Source: Candidatus Saccharimonadota bacterium
GTDB taxonomy: Bacteria > Patescibacteriota > Microgenomatia > UBA1406 > GWC2-37-13
NCBI GenBank assembly: GCA_016699265.1
Contig: CP064967.1
Location: forward strand, 180,001 to 212,000
Direction: 5' to 3'
DNA: 32,000 nucleotides
Under the pieces are notes generated by a model. That model was not told the origin of the DNA. It did no database searches and saw only the letters and a program-made list of their open reading frames with translations. Made by a program: the position numbers and the translations under genes. Positions 1 to 7,252 of this stretch are shown here, piece after piece; the stretch's first letter is position 1; every line of letters starts with the position of its first letter.

Positions 1-57
1 CGCCTAAGGGAGCGCTAGGCAAAGGTGCGACTGGATGGGGCGTGTTATCTATTTACC

Positions 58-90
58 AATTTCTAATTTCTAATTACTAATTTCTAATTT
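58..90. repeat. Heptanucleotide tandem repeat (ATTTCTA-like, about 4.5 units) just upstream of the first gene
   Basis: Read directly: aatttctaatttctaattactaatttctaattt, period 7. It ends 8 nt before the ATG at 99. Confidence 0.9.
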
Positions 91-98
91 ATACAATT

Positions 99-1205
99 AT
101 GAACTTACTAGATGCGGTTAAGACCAAGAACATCATTAAAATTTCCCTCGATGACTCTCTTTCCAGTGCATTATCCCATCTTTCATCTTCGCATGATGCG
201 GCCTTTATTTTCGATGATAAGAAAAAATTTGTTGGCGTAATTAATCCTTATCATGCACTCATTCACGCATCATATCCCGGAAATGCGAAGGTTGCGCACT
301 GTCTCTTTCATCCACCACATGTTAAAAACAACTACAGTATATCGAAGGTTGCCCAACTATTTATTGAGTCAAAGTTACACTATCTACCGGTTTTTAATGA
401 TAAAGATGAGTTTATTGGCATAACATCTGCAAGAAGACTACTGACCCTTTACAAGGATCATCAGGTGTTTAAGAGGCCGATATCAGAGAGACTGAAGGAT
501 AAAAATCAACCCTTATTGACCATATATGAGACCGATACAATTGCAAACGCGCTTCATTTGTTCAAAACACGAAAGATCTCAAAACTCATAATGATCAATC
601 GCGATATGAAGTTAAAAGGAGTTCTGACCTACTACGATCTCATAAGTAACTTGGTAGCTCCAAAACATAAGGCTCACAAGGGAGATCGAGAGGGAGGTTT
701 GAAACTTAGTTTTCAGAATCAGCCGGTCCGCAACTTTGCAAAGACTCAGTTACTTGTACTGTCGCCAAATCATCTCATGTCCGAAGCCCTACAGCTCATA
801 CTCGACAAACAGATCGGGAGTGTCATGATCGTTGACGAGAACAAAAATCCAATCGGCGTAATCACAACAAGAGACTTTCTTTCCGCTCTAATTAGAGGCA
901 AAAAGGAGAAGAAGATTGAGATCAGTGGAAAGGATCTTTCCGAGAACAGCCGTCATATTTTAAGCGGTTTCTTTTTCAACCTAAAGCACTGGGCTCACAG
1001 ACTGCCCAATGTAGAGTCGGTAAAGTTATTTGTCAGAGAGGAAAAAAGTGGAGGAGTCTTCAATGCAATGTTGTCTCTCATTCCAAAAAAAGGTGAGGCG
1101 ACCGTAGTGAAAAGAGAAGGAAAAAATCTCGCCGCAATCCTCAAGTCAATGAAGATTAAAAGAGATAAAACGGGACTAAACTATCCTGACAGAAAGGAAG
1201 ATTAA
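99..1205 (+). CDS. CBS-domain protein (two CBS pairs) with a C-terminal HPF/RaiA-like (ribosomal S30AE-like) domain
   Basis: Four CBS-like modules, e.g. FVGVINPYHALI, FIGITSARRLL, LKGVLTYYDLISNL, PIGVITTRDFLSAL. The last ~95 aa (KIEISGKDLSENSRHILSGFFFNLKHW...VKLFVREEKSGGVFNAMLSLIPKKGEATVVKREGKNLAAILKSM) follow the HPF/RaiA pattern (xIxIxGKxxExT...helix...beta strands...helix). Confidence 0.75.
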   Translation: MNLLDAVKTKNIIKISLDDSLSSALSHLSSSHDAAFIFDDKKKFVGVINPYHALIHASYPGNAKVAHCLFHPPHVKNNYSISKVAQLFIESKLHYLPVFNDKDEFIGITSARRLLTLYKDHQVFKRPISERLKDKNQPLLTIYETDTIANALHLFKTRKISKLIMINRDMKLKGVLTYYDLISNLVAPKHKAHKGDREGGLKLSFQNQPVRNFAKTQLLVLSPNHLMSEALQLILDKQIGSVMIVDENKNPIGVITTRDFLSALIRGKKEKKIEISGKDLSENSRHILSGFFFNLKHWAHRLPNVESVKLFVREEKSGGVFNAMLSLIPKKGEATVVKREGKNLAAILKSMKIKRDKTGLNYPDRKED

Positions 1206-1792
1206 GTCGTTATTTCTTTCAATCGATTTATTGCTCCACGAAGATTATGGAACTTGTAGTCGTGAGTGATGTTACTGTCAAGAAAGTTCGTAATCCAGAA
1301 GATTTTAGTAGATTTGTCGCCCTGAGGGCGATCGACCTTTGGTCGAAGCTCCTTCACGATATCCCAGTTATCTTCTACAAATACATCAAGACCAAGTTTC
1401 TCTATGGTGTTTTTCTTAAACTCATGCGGTTGCTCATTATTCACGTTGTGACGGTGTGAGGCGAATATATCATCTGCGTGTATGCTCTTCATCCATTTCT
1501 CAAAATCGTGAGTAAGAGAGGAGTAACGAGCAGTTATGAGATGAGCTTCTATTTTGTTGTCCTCAACAAGTTTTTTAAGTTCTTTGAGACCTCGCGCTGG
1601 GACAAAACTCGTTTTGTGGAGGAGATACCATGCGAACTTCATAATAGGCGATCGGGGAATATAGAAGGATGTTTTTTTCTTGTGAAAGAGGAGCTTACTG
1701 GTAAAGGCTGAGAAGGGGCGGAGGACTCTTACTGGGTTGTAAAGAATGACACCATCAAGGTCAAATCCAACCTTTAGAGGTTTTTTAGCCAT
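1202..1792 (-). CDS. HAD-superfamily hydrolase / nucleotidase-like protein
   Basis: N-terminal DxDG motif (KVGFDLDGVILYNP) and a later acidic motif (VFVEDNWDIV). A full-length ORF fills the gap between neighbours. Confidence 0.6.
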   Translation of the reverse strand: MAKKPLKVGFDLDGVILYNPVRVLRPFSAFTSKLLFHKKKTSFYIPRSPIMKFAWYLLHKTSFVPARGLKELKKLVEDNKIEAHLITARYSSLTHDFEKWMKSIHADDIFASHRHNVNNEQPHEFKKNTIEKLGLDVFVEDNWDIVKELRPKVDRPQGDKSTKIFWITNFLDSNITHDYKFHNLRGAINRLKEITT

Positions 1793-1815
1793 CCGTTATT
1801 ATATAATCTTTTCTT
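1793..1815. promoter_or_regulatory. 23-bp divergent intergenic region with overlapping -10 boxes (ttatataat); putative bidirectional leaderless promoters
   Basis: TATAAT at 1802-1807 lies 8 nt before the ATG at 1816. On the other strand TATAAT/TATATA (1798-1805) lies 5-7 nt before the start codon at 1792. No Shine-Dalgarno sequence fits in this space. Confidence 0.55.
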
Positions 1816-2853
1816 ATGAAAGTATTAATAACGGGCGGCTCAGGTTTCTTAGGCCTTCATCTCACAAGATATTTTCATAAAAAGAAGTACCAAATCTCAA
1901 TTATTGATATTCAGGAATATCCAGAGGATGAATACCCTAAAAACATTAATTTCATACATGGTGATATCAGAGATAATAAGGCTGTAGCCAAAGCGATGCG
2001 TGGTGTCGATTTGGTGATTCACGCTGCAGCGGCACTTCCATTATGGAAGGCGGAAGACATCTATACTACCAACATAGATGGTACGGAAAATATTCTATCT
2101 GCGAGTAAAAGAGCAGAGGTACGCCAGATTATCTACATCTCTTCAACCGCAGTCTATGGCATTCCAAAGAAGCATCCAATTTTCGAGACAGACCCAGTTC
2201 ATGGTGTAGGGCCATACGGTGAAAGTAAAATCGCTGCAGAGGCTATCTGTAAGAAATATCGAGATGGAGGAATGAATGTAACGGTGTTGCGACCGAAGAC
2301 CTTTGTAGGAACTCATCGACTGGGCGTGTTTGAAATATTGTTCGACTGGATTAAAGATGGAAAGAAGATACCTGTCTTTGGCTCGGGTAAGAACAGATAT
2401 CAACTACTTGATGTCGATGATCTAGTTGAGGCGATCTACCGACTTACGAAGGCAGGTAAGAAAGCCAGCGATACCTTTAACATTGGCGCACTCTCATACA
2501 AAACCGTACAGAAGGATCTTGAGTCTGTCTTTGCCTTTTCAAAATCTGGTTCGCAAATCTTACCAATACCTGCACTTCCCCTTAAGTTAGCCCTCCGCTT
2601 TTTTGAAGCACTCCACATATCGCCACTCTATAAGTGGGTGTATGAAACCGCCGATAAAGATTCGTTCGTATCGATCAATAAATTAATCAAGACTCTTGGG
2701 TGGAAACCAAAGTATTCAAATTCAGATGCGCTGATCAAGTCCTACAAGTGGTATCTCGAGAACTACAAAGCGGTGAAGTCTCACTCGACAGGAGTAACGC
2801 ACACAACCGGATGGAATCAAGGAATTCTTGGTTTTTTCAAGAGATTCCTGTAG
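1816..2853 (+). CDS. NAD-dependent epimerase/dehydratase (SDR family, nucleotide-sugar modifying)
   Basis: Rossmann motif ITGGSGFLGLHL and catalytic YxxxK (YGESKIAAE). Length is 345 aa. Confidence 0.8.
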   Translation: MKVLITGGSGFLGLHLTRYFHKKKYQISIIDIQEYPEDEYPKNINFIHGDIRDNKAVAKAMRGVDLVIHAAAALPLWKAEDIYTTNIDGTENILSASKRAEVRQIIYISSTAVYGIPKKHPIFETDPVHGVGPYGESKIAAEAICKKYRDGGMNVTVLRPKTFVGTHRLGVFEILFDWIKDGKKIPVFGSGKNRYQLLDVDDLVEAIYRLTKAGKKASDTFNIGALSYKTVQKDLESVFAFSKSGSQILPIPALPLKLALRFFEALHISPLYKWVYETADKDSFVSINKLIKTLGWKPKYSNSDALIKSYKWYLENYKAVKSHSTGVTHTTGWNQGILGFFKRFL

Positions 2854-2862
2854 ATTTATTGA

Positions 2863-4342
2863 ATGAACAAACTTCTTCTCCTATTTCTTCTAGGAGTTTG
2901 CGCAATAGTTTTCAGCTTAGATTTTGTTAGTCCCTATTTAGGCAAAATGCAGTTTACCGGAGCTTTATTTTGGCTAATATCGCAGCTGGTATTACTGAGT
3001 TATGGAGCATACAGTGTTTTATGGTTAATAAACGAAGCATTTAACAAGAGATCTAGATTATTATTGCTGGTACTGGCTATATATTTGGTAGCGACTGTCT
3101 TTTATACTAACAACATAGTATCACTGCAACACGAAACAACACAACAAATCGGTTGCATGATGCATGGATTTGCTAGAATCTGACTGGTTGTTTAGGAAAA
3201 CTGTTTTATTGGGTATCCGGCTCGACAATATTTACTTCCTGCGTTGCCATCTGTAGTTTTTGGAAGATCTTTTATTACTTTGCAGTTTGGCGGTTTGCTT
3301 TATTTTTCATAGGAATGACTATTTTTGTAAAAGGAGTTGCTATGTTCTTGAAAAAAAAATAATGCACTATCGGTAATAGGAGCAATTACGATCGGCGTTT
3401 TACCATTTTTTATTTTGTTAACCAAAGAGTTTTCTATGCAGAGCAAAGTAATTATCCATTTTCATATGCGCTCATAATCTGCGGATTATTTTTTATCTAT
3501 TTTTTTCCAAAAAGGATGGATCGAATTATTATTTATCTCTATAGCATTACTACATACTGTTTATATCTACACTCCTGGACTAGCTTTTCCTGCACTTAGC
3601 TAGTCTCGATTCATCTACTTTATCAAAAGAATATTAGCAATAAACAAAAGTTATGGATAGTTTTCACAATGATTGTTGTCTATGCGCACATTTCTTTATC
3701 GCTTCAGTTCCGAGGGGATATACGAATTATTCCAGATACTACCGCTCGATCGCAGCTAAATAACGATCTTTATCGATCCTTTGGTAATCTGCTTCATCCT
3801 TTAGGAAATCAAGCATTCGTCAGTCCAATCTTTGCAGACGCTTTTGTGGTTTTAATTGGTTACTTTTTACTAGGATTTGCAGGCTTAGAACTTTCCGTAT
3901 TGTTACATTCTGGATTTTGGGAAAGTATGGTTATTGCTATAATGACAAAAGGCTACTATCTCAATAGTATCGATTATCGAATCACAGATGGATTGTTGTA
4001 GTCCCGATATTTCTTAGCTTATTTATGACATATTTGGTTCCGATTCGATCGCGTAAGTATATGAAAATTTGCGATGTATTTTGTTAAGTTTTTTTTTTAA
4101 TAATGGGGTTTCGGTTTCAGATGGATCAATATAATTCCATGGTTCGTTCAGAGCCAAATGCCATAACATTTTGGCTTTGGAGAATGGTTCCAAAATCGTT
4201 TAGGAATGAGACTCACACTATTGTGGTAGACCAAAATTTACAGGAGTTATTGGCTCTATGGGTGATGCGAGTATGTATTTTTTTCCTAAAGCACATGTTC
4301 AACATAGTTAATGTTAGCTGCAATTTTCCATTCCAAATATAA
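2863..4342 (+). pseudogene. Probable decayed polytopic membrane-protein gene. The first 106 codons are open and the rest is interrupted.
   Basis: The hydrophobic reading continues in the same frame through TGA/TAG stops after 3183 (…GFARI*LVV*ENCFIGYPARQYLLPALPSVVFGRSFITLQFGGLLYFS*). More hydrophobic ORF pieces follow in other frames (3669-4001). No long ORF on either strand explains 3184-4342. Confidence 0.4.
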
Positions 4343-4445
4343 AAGAGAACAATACTTATAATTCCATATTCACCATATAATCATTGTCATTTAGAGCATA
4401 GCACCGGGTCATACATATATGAAGGATCTAATGCTACTTTTAAGC

Positions 4446-6071
4446 CTATAGTCCAGATTTATCTTTACTAACATTTTGAAAGATGAGGATTTTTGGGTGA
4501 TCGTAGACGGTGAAAGACTCGTCTGCGGATTGATCCGAAATTTGAAGACTCCACTTTAATATTCTGAGCTCAGGTTGAACTACGAACTCCTTAATAAGTT
4601 TGAAGTTACTTTGTCCGCCCAATAACTTCTTATAGTACTGTGAGGTGATAGGGTAGCAGGCTTTATATTGTGCGCAGTTATCTAGTTTTTGTAATGGCAC
4701 ATAGAGTCTGTTTGATGCAATTACCATGTAGTCAGTTCTCTCAAGTTGTCTGTTAAGTATTTCCCATTTTGCCTTATTGTCTGGTTGGTTATAGAGCTGA
4801 AGTTCCTCAAACCGATATTGTTCAGAGTGGTAAATTGGTAAGCGATCATCCCAGTGTTCTACCGCGATTACAGAATTTGTCGGTATATTCTTTAGAATCC
4901 AGTTTGAAGCAGAGATTCTGGTATGTTCCTTCGTAAACATTGAAGAGAAGGTGAGTGTCCATAAAAATGCAGCTACGACTAACACAATAATCACTCCCTT
5001 TTTCCAAATAATGCTTAGTTTCATAAGCCCATACGCCGCAAGAATCGAGAGAAACGGATAGAGGGGAAGCATGTATCGCATGAACTTCACAGCAGATCTC
5101 CCAAGAGAGACAAAATAGAATGCGTAAAAAGCGAGAAAGACTAGAAGAAGAAGATGTTGAGTCTTTAGTTTACGCTTCAAATACTTGCTTTTTAACTCTA
5201 AGATGATGGCGATGCATCCAATAATCGAAAGCACTGAAGTTACAGGTCCCAGTCCCCAGAGAAATATATTTTTTACATAGTAAATGTATGGGATTGTTCC
5301 CACGTATTGAAGTGTGTACGGGAAGACATACGGATCGCTTGCGAGCTTAATCTGTAATGAGACATCGGCAATGAACTTTTGCCAGTCCAAAAACGCAAAC
5401 GGCATGAGTATAAATGAAAATAGTAGTAGTTCGATCGTGAAAATGACCAATGTTACTGCGCCGTTACCTAAACTTTTTCTTTTCTGGAATAAAATAACAG
5501 CCCCAATAAACGGAATAAAAATCACCGCGGTTATCTTGATTGTAAGAGCGGCGGCAAAGAAAAAAGCGATCAAAGCCACTCTCGTTCTCGATTCTCGTTC
5601 AACAAATCGTAATATTGCGTAGAGCGTTAGAAGTAAAAAAAGATTTAAGAAAGTGTCGACAATAAAAAAGTGAGAGTTCTGTATGGGAAAAAAAGAAAGC
5701 GCGTAGAGGAGGGGAGCTAAAATTGATATTTGTCTATTTTTAAATAGTTTCCAGGACAGTTTATGAACGGTGAAAATCACTAACATGTCCGCAAGTAGCG
5801 AAAGAGCCCTACCGATATAAAGCATTGAGTCATAAGATGACAGTGTTGTCGGGAATAGTGAGTTGACAATCTGATTGAGTCCACTCAGAAGGTAAATTGG
5901 TAGTGAACCATAATTGAAGAAATTAGGATTGAGATTTGTAAAAAAATGAATCTTGTCGGAGACCATTATGAGCATGCGTTCGTCCGGATGAAGATGCATT
6001 CCTTGATCCCAGTTAAGTCCAGTTAACCTTAGGAAAAACCCGATTAAAAGTGTGATTGCCAATCCTAACAT
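4446..6071 (-). CDS. GT-C fold glycosyltransferase (family 39 / ArnT / PMT-like) integral membrane protein
   Basis: 541 aa with many TM helices. The N-terminal loop motif HPDERMLIMV is typical of GT39/ArnT-like enzymes, and there is a soluble C-terminal domain. Confidence 0.65.
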   Translation of the reverse strand: MLGLAITLLIGFFLRLTGLNWDQGMHLHPDERMLIMVSDKIHFFTNLNPNFFNYGSLPIYLLSGLNQIVNSLFPTTLSSYDSMLYIGRALSLLADMLVIFTVHKLSWKLFKNRQISILAPLLYALSFFPIQNSHFFIVDTFLNLFLLLTLYAILRFVERESRTRVALIAFFFAAALTIKITAVIFIPFIGAVILFQKRKSLGNGAVTLVIFTIELLLFSFILMPFAFLDWQKFIADVSLQIKLASDPYVFPYTLQYVGTIPYIYYVKNIFLWGLGPVTSVLSIIGCIAIILELKSKYLKRKLKTQHLLLLVFLAFYAFYFVSLGRSAVKFMRYMLPLYPFLSILAAYGLMKLSIIWKKGVIIVLVVAAFLWTLTFSSMFTKEHTRISASNWILKNIPTNSVIAVEHWDDRLPIYHSEQYRFEELQLYNQPDNKAKWEILNRQLERTDYMVIASNRLYVPLQKLDNCAQYKACYPITSQYYKKLLGGQSNFKLIKEFVVQPELRILKWSLQISDQSADESFTVYDHPKILIFQNVSKDKSGL

Positions 6072-6092
6072 TTTGACTATAATATAACACGT
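6072..6092. promoter_or_regulatory. 21-bp divergent intergenic region with -10 boxes for both flanking genes (leaderless style)
   Basis: Sequence is tttgactataatataacacgt. TATAAT at 6078-6083 lies 9 nt before the ATG at 6093. The reverse-strand TATATT (6081-6086) lies 9 nt before the start codon at 6071. Confidence 0.5.
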
Positions 6093-6911
6093 ATGTTGCC
6101 GGTATTGCTCGATCTACCTTTTATAAAAATATATACCTTCGGTGTTTTTTTAGTGCTGGCGTTTTTCTGGTCGGCCTTCTTATTGTGGAAAAACTTCCTT
6201 CTGACATCATATAAAGAGGAAGAAATCTTTGATCAATTATTCCTAGGTTTAGTGGGAGGACTTCTCGTTTCACGCATTGTCTATGTGGCGCTCCATTTCT
6301 CTGAGTTTGGACTGAGCTTGCTTAAGTTTATATTGATTAATGGGTATCCTGGGCTCTCGCTCTACGGGTTTTTGTTTGGCTTCCTCGTTGCGGTATACCT
6401 CTCGATGAGTAGAACTAAGATTAAGTTCTCGGAAGCTATTGATTATTTTGTTCCCTCAGCATTCATCGCACTGGCATTTGGAAAGATTGGCGCTTTTTTT
6501 TCTGGTGTAGAGGTTGGATCCAAGACTAATTTCTTACTTAAACTAAAGTTTGTGGGCGCAGATGGAATGAGACATCTCACTCCGCTGTACGAAGGATTCC
6601 TTTTCTTTATTGGAGCTTTCATAGCGTACCAACTACTTTTCTCAATCCGTCGCAGTAAGTTCAGCAAAGGTACAAACCTTTATTTCTTCCTGTGGTTTAC
6701 GGGATTAGTTGTGGCTTGCGCAGATCTACTAAAAGAGCAATCAAATTTTATAGTTCAGGGACTGAGCGTTAATGCATTAGTTTCTTATGTCTTGCTCTTG
6801 ACTTTCTCTGCTTACTTCATCTATTATTTCAGGAGTTCAGTACAAGCATATGTCAAAAACATTTTCAAAGGATTTAATAAAAAGTCACAAGGAGCGTCTC
6901 GAAAAGGATAA
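6093..6911 (+). CDS. lgt: Prolipoprotein diacylglyceryl transferase (Lgt)-like membrane protein
   Basis: N-terminus (IKIYTFGVFLVLAFFWSAFLLWK), central GLLVSRIVYV and the GKIGAFFSGVEVGSKT...RHLTPLYEG segment parallel the Lgt motifs GRxGNFxNGELxG...HPxxLYE. Several canonical residues are substituted. Confidence 0.55.
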   Translation: MLPVLLDLPFIKIYTFGVFLVLAFFWSAFLLWKNFLLTSYKEEEIFDQLFLGLVGGLLVSRIVYVALHFSEFGLSLLKFILINGYPGLSLYGFLFGFLVAVYLSMSRTKIKFSEAIDYFVPSAFIALAFGKIGAFFSGVEVGSKTNFLLKLKFVGADGMRHLTPLYEGFLFFIGAFIAYQLLFSIRRSKFSKGTNLYFFLWFTGLVVACADLLKEQSNFIVQGLSVNALVSYVLLLTFSAYFIYYFRSSVQAYVKNIFKGFNKKSQGASRKG

Positions 6912-7215
6912 AGAAAAAATTCTTCATCAGGTCGAGGAGCTTAAAAAAGATGATCCGTTCGCGGATCCCGATCATGCCATCGATAACGCGGCAATTGATA
7001 CCGATGTTCGAGAGCAGGTAGGGCATGACACCATTCAGGCGCAGATCAAGGATCTTCAGAGAAAACTTCATGATATCGAGCTGGCCTTTGAAAAAATGGC
7101 AAAGGGAAGATATGGCTTTTGTGAAAAATGCGGCGTACAGATTCCCGTAGCACGCATCAATCTCATCCCCGAAGCCCGTTTCTGTATCGAGTGCGAACAG
7201 AAGCTGTATAAGTAA
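6850..7215 (+). CDS. DksA/TraR-family C4 zinc-finger protein
   Basis: C-terminal CxxC-x17-CxxC (CEKCGVQIPVARINLIPEARFCIECEQK) preceded by a coiled-coil region. The first 62 nt overlap the Lgt-like ORF. Confidence 0.75.
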   Translation: MSKTFSKDLIKSHKERLEKDKEKILHQVEELKKDDPFADPDHAIDNAAIDTDVREQVGHDTIQAQIKDLQRKLHDIELAFEKMAKGRYGFCEKCGVQIPVARINLIPEARFCIECEQKLYK

Positions 7216-7238
7216 AATCATTTGCAAAAAGATCCTTC

Positions 7239-7244
7239 TATAAT
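7239..7244 (+). promoter_or_regulatory. TATAAT -10 box 8 nt before the TTG at 7253 (relic purB promoter)
   Basis: Read directly: tctataataactaagattg. Confidence 0.4.
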
Positions 7245-7252
7245 AACTAAGA

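Noticed and set aside
1-57. A possible 3' end of an RNA gene at the window edge (GC-richer: cgcctaagggagcgctaggcaaaggtgcgactggatgggg)
   Set aside because: It is too short and truncated by the window boundary to assign, and no tRNA-like arm is recognisable.
1247-1711. ORFs of 70 and 77 aa on the + strand inside the HAD hydrolase gene
   Set aside because: They are antisense to a well-supported full-length gene and have no recognisable motifs. These are typical shadow ORFs. The same reasoning applies to 2143-2403, 2436-2618, 5314-5622, 6443-6667, 6874-7227, 12516-13142, 16425-16610, 27185-27454, 27781-28673, 29673-29900 and 31459-31981.
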